A DNA stretch of 64,000 nucleotides from Trichoplax adhaerens (lineage: Eukaryota > Animalia > Placozoa), in contig NW_002060943.1 in assembly GCF_000150275.1 (NCBI RefSeq), positions 2,384,462-2,448,461 on the forward strand, read 5' to 3'. Within the stretch, counting starts at the first letter, position 1. Every line of letters starts with the position of its first letter. The notes under the pieces were generated by a model. It was given only the letters and a program-made list of their open reading frames with translations, did no database searches and was not told where the DNA came from. Positions 26,383 to 39,049 of the stretch are shown here, piece after piece. Position numbers and translations under genes: made by a program.

Positions 26383-26774
26383 AATCAGTTTTTGCATAAA
26401 TCTCCGGATGTACATTAACAGATTTAAAAAAAAACTATCGGAATGTATGTGTAGGGATAGATAATCCGTTATGCTAATTAAAATAAATAGAATTTCTATA
26501 ATTTCGCCTCTCTAGTTAAATTTATGTGCTGTACATAGAATTTTACTCTTGCCTAATAATAAATTTTACCAATATCAAACATATACACATCGATCACTTT
26601 CAATCTTAACATTTTGGTCTACTCATGTATAACTACTTCCTAGTTTACTGTATGCATTTATAGGTTATGACACACTTGTAACAACTCTAGAAGATTACTG
26701 ATGCTATCCAAACTTCAACAGGATTTCAATAAAATCTATCTTCATAACTGAAATTATTTTTAAGAATTAAATAC

Positions 26775-28185
26775 CTGGCAAGCCTTCATGAACTTCTCCT
26801 TTCCATTGACTGTAACACAAACAACATAAAAACATATATTTATTAAGTGCATGGCGTAAGAATTTTCAAAGTCAGTTACAGAATCTGTTATCATCAGCTT
26901 AATTATTAAATGAAAGTAGCAGGAGTTTAGTTCATCATCTTAAAGCGATTCAATGATTGTCATATGAGAATATAATAAACAAGATTATTGCAGTTGTACA
27001 ATATGATGATGGAAATGTGTAAAACAGTATAAACTGCTTCAGGCTTATTCTATGGCTGTAGGCAAGTCCAGATTAAGACCTTTAAAATACTGTATTCCAT
27101 AAGAACGCTGTCAATGCCTGGAGATCATATCGGTTTCAGGAATTGGTTAACGATAACTACTACTTACAATATTTCCGCTAATTCTCCAACTTCCCCAGTC
27201 TATAGTGGAGATAAATGCAATCATGTTATGTGCTGGCTAATTATTGTTATCAGTCATTAGCTGAAGATGAAGAATTTAAATTTACAAATTTTTTTACGCT
27301 AGTCTTTTTCAGAAAAGACTTGCTATCTACAGTAGTCAAGGTCGTAGCTATGATAGCCCATTAAAACGCGAGCACAAACACAGTAAAAGGATTGTCAGAT
27401 TTGCGACCATCCCATTTGTGAAATTTCATTGATTTCTAGTACTCACTAAAGCTAACAATACATTCCGAGGAGAGTGGAATTGATCCCAGTTTCTTTCTTC
27501 AATAAATTTCTTTTGAATAGCTCGGCTAAAAATAAAATTATGCAATTCATTAAGTGTTATTTAGTAGCTTATATCCAATCAGTCATTTATTGATCATTTA
27601 TATGTTGTAATAAACAGTCTCATTTAGATTCTACCAACTCAGTTTTGTGATAAGAAAATCACCTAGTAAATAAATGAGGTGCTAAGAAAAATAGGGTTTA
27701 AGTAGTAAGATGACCGTAACACAAATAGTATCAGATGAAAAATTCACACAGGCTAAAGTGAGACTCTAACTTGTAGAAGTTAGCAATTGAATTAGTAGAA
27801 TGATAGAAAAGCAAGGATTATAACCGCTGTGCATAGGGAATTTTAACATCTATATTAAGTGTATTAAGTATACAGCGAATAGTATGAAAGTAAAATATAA
27901 GGTAATGACTACCGAATTCAGTCTGATCTACTAAGCAAGATGCAACATTGCACTTGTGGAGTCTATGTTGAGTTGCATGCTCCATCTAGTAGCTCAAGCC
28001 TTGCTCCTACACTGTACACTACTGAAACTGTATAGTATAATCGTATGCAACATCGCGGTAGATATAGGAAATATTTTACTTTCTATCCCATGCCATACTA
28101 CTTTAATTCATAGTTACATGTTCTCCAAGGAAATATTTTGGGTAAATTGAAATTTTTCCTGTTCTACGTTGTTGTCCATTTCCAT
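26775..28185 (-). CDS. DCTPP1: dCTP pyrophosphatase 1 (MazG-like all-alpha NTP pyrophosphatase), 5' four exons; 3' exons not found
   Basis: Minus-strand exons 28185-28118, 27525-27447, 27199-27168 and 26809-26775 have compatible phases. They encode MEMDNNVEQEKFQFTQNISLENIRAIQKKFIEERNWDQFHSPRNVLLALTGEVGELAEIFQWKGEVHEGLP, matching the DCTPP1 signature ERDWxQFHxPRNLLLALVGEVGELAELFQWK. Confidence 0.9.
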
Positions 28186-28229
28186 GTGAGCTTGAATTTA
28201 ATTTTTCCCGCGAATCTCCAGGGACTACG

Positions 28230-28505
28230 GTCTACAGTACAGTACAGTACAGTACTGAGAATCAGTAATTTGTACTGTACACTGTACAGTACAGTACCGT
28301 ACAGTAGTTGGCATTCTGAGTTATGTACTGTACACTGTACACAACTTGTACTGTACAGTATGTTGAGCTGTGTCCCTGGAGTAAGTCAATCCAGTATTTA
28401 TTTTACTATTGTATGGGTAATGCACGAAAGTTTCCCGTATCATTTTTCCAGTCAGTCTACTATACTATACGCTACCACTGAAACCAGATACTGTACTGTA
28501 CTACA
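28230..28505. repeat. TACAG/CTGTA-rich cluster immediately upstream of DCTPP1
   Basis: tacagtacagtacagtacagtactg, tgtactgtacactgtacagtacagtaccgtacagt and similar. Confidence 0.8.
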
Positions 28506-28798
28506 CCTACAAAAACGCCATTAGTGTATCGTTTTCGATGTATATTTCATTCTAATTATTTTAAAGGACTTCTTCTCCCTCTCTTTCTTTACTGGGAACA
28601 CTGTCATGGAATACTAGAAGAAGCCTTCTTCTAGTATTCCATACGCTGTATACTGTACAGTGGACACTGAGTGTTCAGTCACGGATTACTAGGTAATGGA
28701 GCGTTTCTACCTACTGTAGGTACTAGTCTCCGCATGCTCTAAAAGAAATGGATGGGAATCACGCATGAGTTGTACGGATCAATCGTCGTCAAGCAATT

Positions 28799-28811
28799 GT
28801 TGCTATGCAAC
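28799..28811. promoter_or_regulatory. Candidate RFX X-box (GTTGCTATGCAAC) upstream of the ciliary gene CCDC42
   Basis: Palindromic GTTGC-N3-GCAAC about 480 bp upstream of the CCDC42 ATG; fits the short RFX site. Confidence 0.6.
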
Positions 28812-29292
28812 GAGATACAAGTTAAGTTAAGACGGCCACTGTATTGCATACTACTCAAGCCGGATTTGTATATTGTCCATCTTTAAGAGGCATAACGGCT
28901 ATTACAAGCGACAAGCTAATGCAACATTGTTGGTGTCTACAACTGCGGTAAATTGCTGCTTAAAAGAATTACGAGTATAGATATACGAACTGCTATTACA
29001 TACTCGTAGTAGTATATTATTTTATTAAAGTTTCATCATATTGCAAACGTTGAACAACACAAGCTTCGAGATTGATCTCCGCCACGATCCACCGACCGAG
29101 AAGTTATTACGTGGCTTGAAACGCTAAACAATTGAGAATTTCTCATCATTGATTACTTATCAACGCTGAGATAGTGTTTACTCGTATTTAAGATAGTAAC
29201 CCTTGACATCAATTTTCATATAAACTACAAATACTGTCCATTATCCGTTCATCGTTCGATTGAATTACGCTACTGCAAAAGAAACGATCAAG

Positions 29293-31673
29293 ATGACTGT
29301 CAACTTAGAGGAATACTTTCGCACTACCTTCGAAGATAAACTGCTGGTGTAAGTACTAAAGCGATCATTTCACACTGCCTCTTTTTGGCATAGTGGACTA
29401 TTATAGTTCGACTTTCAGTAGAGAATAACAGTCTTATTGACCATATAGACGATTCAATTTGAAAATATTTATTCATAATAGTAAAATGCCTGAGCGCGAA
29501 GATGACCATCTTACACCAGCAACAAGACTATTGGAGAAAAGAAGGGAAATGTCTGAGGTTGAGCAGGCTCTGGCTGCTCAGAAAGAGGTTGATCAATTAT
29601 ATTTAGTAACCCATTTTGCCATTCAAATTGGTATATTCTCGAAGAAATATTAAATAAATGATGATTAAAATAATTAGGAATTTCAAATGAAAATGGAAAG
29701 TTTACAACAGCGAAGAGAGGAATTAGAGCGGAAGGAATACCAACTGAAAGAATCGCTTCTAAAATTTGACAAATTCTTAAAGGTTCTATTATGACAGCAA
29801 GTTAAATTGAGGAAATAGTGTGATGACATAGCATCAATTATTATTAATACAATTGGGTTTCGTTCTGTAGGAGAATGATTCTAAACGAACTAGAGCACTT
29901 AAAAAAGCACATGAAGAAAGAGATTTAATTAAGAGTAAGGATAAAGATATTATAAAGTAAGTAATGAAATTCCAATAAAAGGTATAAATCCATTGAATTT
30001 CAGGATTCCTAAATTTATTTCTTTTTCGATTCGCTATATCAGATTGATAGATGAAACTCAAACCATGATCAAACAGAGAGACAAAATGCAAAAGAAATTA
30101 CTGAAATATATCCTTTACTTATTTTTATCTTTAGTATTAAGTACACTTAGCATATGAGCATTGCTTGTGGCAGTACCATTACAAACGATTCTTCCGGTGA
30201 AAGAATTATTACATTCTTACTAAATTTAGCTATTTTCTTTAACATTCTTTACACCAAGCTTATCAAGCTTATTTAGAAAAAGTTTTAGAGAAGACGGAAG
30301 AGGTATGCGAGTTATGATGTTATCGTCTTCGTTTTAAAATTCTCAACAATAAAGCGTATCAGCACGAATTAGTCACATTTTTGATGAAATGTTCAATAGT
30401 ATAGAATTAACTTATTTAAATTAACTCTCAGTATAGTGAAATTCGAGAAATTACCGCCAGATTCGATACCTTGGTAGCGACTTATGATGTAAGTAGAATA
30501 ATATAGCTTAACTAAAATTAATCATATTTATGATATTTATTTAAGCATCATTAATATTTGACTTGCTTTTGTAAAATTTTAAATTGGGTAATTTATTTCA
30601 AATCATAAAATTAGGACTTAATTGAACGAGAAAGAAAGAATCAAGAATCAACAGAGGTAGAAAAGGGTCGGCTTTTAAAGTATAAAGAGGTACATAGATA
30701 TGTATTAAAAGATGAAATAGACATTTGTAGCGTAATCGATAATACGTGATTTTTAATATGAAATTAACATCATGGTAGCTTTAATGTTTTCCTTATCTTT
30801 GAAATATAAAATAGGAGAAAAATAATGAAGTTATGTATTACAATAATAAGGTAATGTATATATATCATTAACTACACTCTAAGTAACCGCCATTAAAAAA
30901 TAATTCATCCTGTAATCTATGTGTTAATGGTTTATTTCTGATATCACTTAAAATAGCTTGCGAATCTGCAGACACAGTTAGAAAAAACTCAAAGTGAAGC
31001 GGCAAAGTGGTAAATTTTGATTACCTATGCTCGATTACTATCATTTTGGACTTCGTAGTACACAGCACCGTAACTTATTGATTTTTAATTTTACGTAATG
31101 GCAATTATAGGGAGTCACGATGGACTTTTATTAAAAATACCGCAGCTAAAAAGACTCTTCTACTTGGCAGGGTTAAAATGTAATTGATAAATATATTATA
31201 CATAACCAAACAATTGTAACTTTCGCAAATAATTGATGACATTTGACGATATCTGTTTCACTGATATATCCAGCTTTCTAATACCTATATCATCAACTAT
31301 TATATTTTAAATACAGGGCAACTCACAATTTGTATACCTTGGTCAACAAACACTTAAAGCAGACACCTTTACCTCTTGATCAAACAGTTCTACAATTAGA
31401 CAAGGTAGCTTAATTATAGAATATTTCTGATAAATTTTGGCCTAAAACTAAATTTATAATATTTTACGCTGAATTTAGTTAGAAGGTATAATTGTTTATG
31501 TAAATAGTAGTCCCCTATAAATATTTCTCTCATCTGATCATTAGATTCAACTGTTCATAATGGACTTGACGCAAATTACTCAAGATATTAAACGCTCGGA
31601 ACAGTTAGCGGCATCTATTGCCGCTAAACAACAGCAGCAACAATTACAAATGCTATTAGATAAACAAGCATAG
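29293..31673 (+). CDS. CCDC42: Coiled-coil domain-containing protein 42 / CFAP73 family (DUF4200), 13 exons
   Basis: Exons 29293-29348, 29482-29587, 29678-29782, 29871-29956, 30043-30107, 30253-30302, 30432-30488, 30615-30689, 30815-30850, 30957-31009, 31111-31179, 31317-31404, 31545-31673. Translation includes LTPATRLLEKRREM, KEEFQMKMESL, ESLLKFDKFLKEND and NTAAKKTLLLGRVKMATHNL. Confidence 0.92.
30108..30252 (+). other. U12-type (minor spliceosome) AT-AC intron in CCDC42
   Basis: 5' site ATATCCTTT, branch site TTCTTTAAC about 10 nt before the terminal AC. Removal restores the frame (AAA T|AC CAA = K-Y-Q). Confidence 0.88.
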
Positions 31674-34248
31674 CGGTTTAACTCTATTTTGTGTAGTTAG
31701 AAAAGAAGGGAAGAGTATATTTTCCTAAGTTGCATTAAATGAAAGCCCTTTGGTTAGCAAACATGATCAATATCGCTATATCTCGTATAATGATGAGCCT
31801 TTATAAATGAGACTGTGATACTATAATAGGAGATTTAGTCTAATATAATGATCATACTGTACAAAGTAATGATATAAACTTACGAATGATCTGAATTGTT
31901 ACACTTGATGAATTTGATAATATAATCTGAGCAAAACTATCCTTTATAATTTGATAGGATTTTGCAACTTACGTTTTAATTACACGCCTTCACACTTAGA
32001 TAATGGCAGATCTCGTAGTACTTAAAGTCTTTCAAATTAAATTCAAAAAATCTTTTATTGATACTCAACTAAGATTGTAAATATACATTTAAGCATACTA
32101 TATTAAAGGAAAAATAACTTTTATTTGCAATTTATGGTATTTATTGTAGTAATTAGGATATTATGGCATTATTAAGATTACGCAATATGTATAATGTGAT
32201 GTAATCGGAATTTTTTATTCACTTTGATTATTTGAATACAATGTTTCTGCAACAAAGCCAATTAAGCAATTGAATTTTACTTAGCTCCATATACTTTCAT
32301 TCTATGAGATTTAAGCATAGAAAATCTGCAAAATAAACTAAAGCATATACGGATACCCTATCTGGAAACAATGCATTGCGATACGGAATGGAAATCATTT
32401 CATAAAATAGTACTACTTTTAAATCAAGTAAAACCTAAGCCCAACCCTATTCGATAAAAAAACGGTTTGAGAGTAGTATTTGTCACTAAAATTATTTTAC
32501 AGCCATGTTAATTATTTCAGGTATAGTAAATGCAACTTAAAAATTTTATTTGAACGCATTTCTGACAGTTTTAAGATTGTGATAAGCACGTTTGCGATTG
32601 TATCGTATCATACCATTAATCGGAATAACAATTTGAGGTCTGCGTCATTACTAAAAATTTCCCAAGTTTATCGCAAATCGACAGCAGGATGCGTTATCGT
32701 GATATTTATGTAAGAGAATACTTAAGGTAATTCAGTAAAAGAGAGAGAAAATATTAATGCCTATAAAGAATAAAATTAACAATAAAGAATATTTGGATAG
32801 TTACAATTTACTTATTTAATAGATAGCCAATAGTACCCAAAATGATAATATTGGATATAGGTCAGCCCTAAGTTACTAGTCTGGATCAAAAATGGACTCA
32901 ATTCATAGAGCAGTTGCTGAATTTGTACGATAGATTAACTGGTCATTTTTACTTACCCTGATAAGGAAACTCTATCTAAGATGTTGTAATAACATGGCAG
33001 TGATTGAAAAGTAAGTAAAAATGATTTAAAGGGTTCTTCTAAGCATAGATGTCGATACATAAAACATTTAATCTAAATTCTTATTAAGATCTAGATTACC
33101 TATGGAGCTGGCCGCTGTATAACCATATTGAACGAGATAGCTCATGCATAGAAGTCATAAACATATTATTTAAGAGTGCAGCAATGCACTTCATCAAACT
33201 ATAGTAAATATGTATCAGAGTTAAACCTATCTACTATCAAGATGGTGCAATAAAGAGATTTGAGCCGATGTTGCTATTTGATTGTATATGCATAACAGCC
33301 GAGCAAGGACTGTAATTGTAACTAAATATATTTATCAATCGGTCTAAGATTTCAAATGAAATACCGAATTTTCGCCTACTAGTTGATATAGCTATGTTAA
33401 GCACAATGATAAAAAAAACATTTTTAGGTATTTGTCTAAAATTAAACTATGTGTTGTCGAAATTAATTTCTGTGCTATTATATGTGTAAATATGGACTGG
33501 TATGTGATATAAAATTTAAGTACCTATGTCTCATATTGGCTATTCACTGCTGGTACTAGATACTGAATGGCGTATTACCTACATTTAGAAGATGTAATCG
33601 TCAAAGATAAAAATACATCCATATTACATCAGTATTGATCAAGGCAATTTATAAAAATGACAAGATATTGATTGATTACTGTGTAGTATAATTATACAAG
33701 TAATACAAATTTAGAAGGATTATACGCTGAAAATTTAAAATTCGTAAAGATTTATGCGTCATAATCGATAATCTGCTATACATGATTTCAGATTAATGAC
33801 GAAAATAAGTGTAGTGACTCTGAAAGATAGTATTAATAAATTTATGTTATTAATTGAAGTCTGAAGACTGGATATATATAATCGGAAAACTTTAAGAATT
33901 ATCAGTTTAATATTTTCTAATTTTTCGAACAAAATTATTCATTTCTGATTTGCGAAAGTGAAAAATTTCACGTCTAAATTTCAAGAAGATTATCAGGAGA
34001 AGGTTAATATAATATTCAATTGTATTAGAACTTAACATTTTATGCTTAGAATTATTCAATATTTGCAAATTGATTTTGAAGAACTCGACACTAAAAATAC
34101 TTGATTTTACTAAAGACATATAGGATAGCAATCAATTTCTAAATTCATAAATCAAACTTGAATCTACAGTACAAGAACAAGCATTAATATTGAGTATTGA
34201 TTGGCATTGCTTATTCTAGAACATCAAGATATCCAATTTAAGCCATAG

Positions 34249-35458
34249 AACAATTAAGTCTTCAATCAGTTACTCACAGAAACCAAAGATCGCAAGGAGA
34301 TCAAATCATTCCTTTTGATCAGTTAAACCCTACAGAGTGTACCATAGATCGGCCTTGCGATAATTTTAAGCCTACTGTTGCCAAAATAATTCGTCAATTT
34401 TATCATAGAATAGTTCGCAAAGTACCGCTTCAAATTTTCACAACGATTATCACCAATTCTGGTATGATGAAGGAGGAGGACAAAGATCAAGGCATAAATA
34501 TGTGTGAATTTATTAAGAAATTATCAAAAGATGTGCGAATATTTACCAAGTTCTGCATAGAATTATATAATTACCCCGATTCCTCCGAATATATTAAAGA
34601 ACTAGCCGTAACACCAGCATCTAAAGCAAGGCTAACACATATATTCGTAGGTACGGAATGGAGATTATCATATTTTAATTGTACAAATGTTTAATTCAGG
34701 TTGCACATAAATATTAGTTATTAGATTTAGCAGCATTTGCTAAAATCATATTTTTAGGATATTTAATTAATTAAATGGTAAATTTTGATTCGCATTATAT
34801 TAACGGAGAATTGACAAGCACTGTACGCTGTAACGTTATTACTCAGGGCTAATAACTTAGGGGGCATTAGTTTTGTATTAGTTGACTCGAGAAATTTACT
34901 GCGATAAATTAGGTGAAAATTTCAGCTGGTCTTTCATTGATGAACTTATTTACATTATACTTCAATCCGTGTAACTGTATATTGACTTTAAACTTTACTC
35001 TTATGGATATTTCTCTTTAATAGCAAGTGACTTTGCATACCAGAAAGCCTTAAATAATAACAGACATGACATAACTAAAGTATGCCTAAGCTCGAACATC
35101 AATATCATGTATGTTAGTGAAGAATTAAGAAGTAAAAATACTATTAATGAAGCTGACTATCGATTGATATTACACCAGCAGAAGCAATCAGAATGAGTGG
35201 GATAATAATATCGATAATCTTACTTATACGATCAATATAACGTTGCAAATGACAATTTTATCAATACATTATCATTTTTTTATCGTTTTGCGTAAATAAC
35301 TTATACTTTTTAACTAGAGAATTATAACATTTTATGATGATAGGCAAATACAATATCTGTTGTGCTTGCTATCCACTCGTAACAGTGAAGCTATTCAAAG
35401 ATTCTTGAAAATTTGGGAGGTATGGGATGAGAAATTGTCACAAACTATAAAAAGATAA
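34249..35458 (+). pseudogene. Putative tandem CARD (death-fold) gene, probably disrupted; 5' end unresolved
   Basis: A 150-codon open frame at 34242-34694 has a donor at 34650. It encodes IIRQFYHRIVRKVPLQIFTTIITNSGMMKEEDKD...FIKKLSKDVRIFTKFCIEL. A phase-matched exon from 35024 encodes YQKALNNNRHDITK...VSEELRSKNTINEADYRLI, and 35318-35458 encodes QYLLCLLSTRNSEAIQRFLKIW. An in-frame TGA lies at 35194-35196. Confidence 0.5.
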
Positions 35459-38400
35459 GCTTGGAATATGGTCATAAGTTAGTATGATGTTTTGAAATCA
35501 AAATTGAATAGAAAAATGTAACTTTAAAATTGTTCTACCATGGAAATTAATGTAACTAATTCATATTGCTTCAATTTCTAATTTATGATTTGCTATCGGC
35601 GATTTTATACACGTACCTTGGATGATACGATTAATATGAAGATATGGATAAGAAACAAGTCAAGAAATTATCTAGCGGTCAGATAGAGCAGAGCGTCTGG
35701 CAAAAATTTTATTCAAGGATAAATTAATTAATTATGACTGTTATGTACAATTGGTCAAAAATATGAAATTGAACCATAACTGAATTGGTTAGTCAATAAG
35801 TAATTTTTAAAGCTTACTATGAGCCAAGATAGAGTAAATTAATTATCTACAGTTGCCATTAATTGTCACATAGATTATTTGAAATTCTAAGGCAAGATAG
35901 GATGAGGTGCAAAGATCAGGACCATCATCAATTTCTAACTATCGCCAGATCCAACGGATTTAACTTTAAAATGTACATTGAATGCCTTCACATTCGTCTA
36001 TGCAGCTGTTTCTGTGCTATGCTATTGTACTCATTGAGGACAAACTATCGTCTATTTAAAAATAAGACTTTGTTAACTACACAACTAATATTTAGTAACC
36101 AATGCGATATATAAAATAATTATACCTAATGCTAAATATGTAACTCAACAATCATCTTATTGGCTTACTAGTTAAAAATAATACATTGTTGACTAGAGAA
36201 ATACTATTTAGTAACCGATGTAGTCCTTTATTAATTAAAGTAATTAAGCCTTAAGCTCTTGGCTTACTACTTCTATGCCATATCCATGTATTTATTACGA
36301 ACTGATCATTTTTTCATATCAATTTAAATGTTTAATTCATCGGCAAATATAATATTATTACATTGTAAATACTATTTATCGAGAATAAAACAATCTAATA
36401 TAGAGTAATACCATCTTCTTCTATAAGATTATGTGACTACTGTATTATTTCAAAATGAATTTTGCTAGTACTGAGCCTATCTGTCTTGTTTTTGCTAAAA
36501 ATTAAGGTGTGGAATTTATTCGGTACAGTGATGACGATTCGGAAATATTGTCTAAATTTAAGAATAAAAAGAATTCAATTTTATTTATCATGTAATAAAT
36601 GTAGCATAAATCAGGAACAACTATAACTCTTTCCTATCCGAGATAGAGCAATGCGATTAATCAACAGTACTTCATTTGTAGGAAAGTAAGAAGATCATTT
36701 TAGGAATGGAAAATGGACTTTTGATGAAATGATAGTAGCGTTAGAGAATGGATTTATTGAGAATTAGTTTGTGAAGGAATGAGAAGTATTTCAATAAATT
36801 TTTACAGAAATGCTAGTTGATAATTTATTGATTGCACGATCATATTCCAGTGTTTACCGGTAAGTAAACGAATATTTAGTATCAAAAAGCAATGGAAATA
36901 ATGAGCATAGGATTTCGACCAATCATTGATGCAACGATGCTTCCTAATGAATATTTAATATGAGAAAAGCAAAGCGAATGACAAGTATTTGGATCAATCT
37001 TTGCAAAAAATGCTAATTAAGTTAATGATTATAACATCTTATCGTAGTATTCATCTGTAAAACAGAGGATAAGAATAATTAAAGATCGGTAATATTCTGT
37101 GACAATGATGCAATAATATTCCCTAATGAATGTTAAGGCCTTTGGTTAGAGTTTGCAAAGGTACAAAATTCTTTCCTCGAGTGCCCATTAAACCCGAGTG
37201 CAATCACCTCAGTGTTAATTGTAAATGCGCAGTATTTTATTTAACGTGATGAAGAAGAGGAAAAGTGCCTTAGATTAAACAAGAAAATTTGCCGTCGTAT
37301 ATTATATAAAATGTAAAAAGAATGGCCGTTAACGGCCAGTTTTCAACATCGTCTAAACAAAATAATTATGGTAGGTAAATGTAATAAAATTTTCAATGTG
37401 TAGAAGTATCAGTATACTGTAGGCTAGCCAATCATAATCCAAAATCAATAAAGTTCTATAATGTCATAAAAATGGAGGATGAAATTGAGGGAAATGATCA
37501 GTATGATTTAGAATGAACCTCTTAAGGAGAAAATTGAAGATCGTACAGTGCGGATAAACAGAGTAAGTAATTCTAATCAGTCACGTAGACGGCAGCAATT
37601 GATGAACTGAGAAGAAAACAATTTATACATCACTAGTAGAGAATAATAAATTGGTATAGGAGTTGTACAACACTAATAAACTGAGTAATCTGTCAATCGA
37701 ACAGCAAGTAAATGAGGTGGCTATTTTGAACCATGAAGAATTCAATGAATGCTTCTTCAGTAACGGGTAATAAATCATCAGAAAATGCAATGAATGTTAA
37801 TATCCATTAAAAACTTGTGTTAGATGCACCAAAAGGTTTGACGAAAGCGACAAAAATTCAGTTATGTAATAAAGGATGCGGTCATTAAAGATTGAATACG
37901 CTCAATCTTTAACCTAGGCAAAGTTAAAAGCGATCAACAAATGAAATTTGTAATCGGCTTCATTTTCTGTGAGGTAAAACGAAACAGCGGTTAACTCGTT
38001 AGGCAATTCTAAATGGCTTGAGCTTTAAGCATCATGTAAATCATTTTACAACATGTCATGCAACATGATAGCATGAAATCATTTCCTAAGGTAACGAAAT
38101 TTATTTCAGCATTTGCAGAGTTTAAATGTTTAATAATCAAACAAGGTCGGTTGGTCTTTTTACATGCATGGAATGTTTTGAGCTGTAGAGGCCGATCTTC
38201 GGCTTGTTATGACTCAGCAGGATTTCTACTATGCAGGATAATAAATAAACTTTGACAGTCTGCACAATGGTTGGTCTATCAAATGAGCTAATTCTATGTA
38301 AGATTGACATCCATTTATATCTATCAGTCATCAACGCCAATGGTAAAACATTCCATTCTCTATTTTACACCTAAATCCTCGTGTCGAGGATTACGCCATC

Positions 38401-39049
38401 GCATCTTGCAAAAGCATGCTGAAATTTTTGTTATGTTGAGATTCGAAAATAATATCCAATGATCCATATTCAAGGGAAATAGAACTCCCTATTCTTCGGA
38501 GTCCGAATAATAGAGAGTCTTAAGGAAATGGGCTAATGAATAATTTCATATCTCTGAAGAAATAAAATCTTGACGTTATAGATTCCTTTTATGGTGAATT
38601 CATAATCGATTGGTGAACATTCTATCATATAATATTGTCCAAAACGTATGAATTTAATTTCATGCGTCAGCAAACCAAATCAGTACTGAGGGACTAAATG
38701 ATATTCGACAACTAAATTGAATAAATATAAAATCATGGATTTGTCTTCCCATAGCTTATTTCCACTTCTTCTTCAGTGTTGTAGAAAGCAGCCACATGAA
38801 AGACAATGATTCCTACTGCCAAGCTGCGTAATAAATAGTTCATTTTCAGATAGCAATAGCAGATTAATCAGAATTGATGATTAGGCTTTCTCATGACTCT
38901 ACTCTATTTCAAGTATGTTACATCAAACTAAAGGACTAATTGAAAATGGTCTAGACCATCATTTCTTAAATAATTTAGAACCGGAATCCAGCAAGCCAAT
39001 CGCTCACTGTCTGAAATCTCATCATGGCTAATCCAAACTTTTAGCTGCA

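Noticed and set aside
32270-33230. Possible minus-strand exons with splice-like signals
   Set aside because: Could not be joined in a consistent open frame, and no family was recognised.
37100-38845. Minus-strand signal-peptide-like start (MNYLLRSLAVGIIVFHVAAF) followed by fragments faintly like LRR protein sequence
   Set aside because: The frame closes after about 36 codons and downstream frames are full of stops. It could be an old pseudogene but cannot be supported without tBLASTn.
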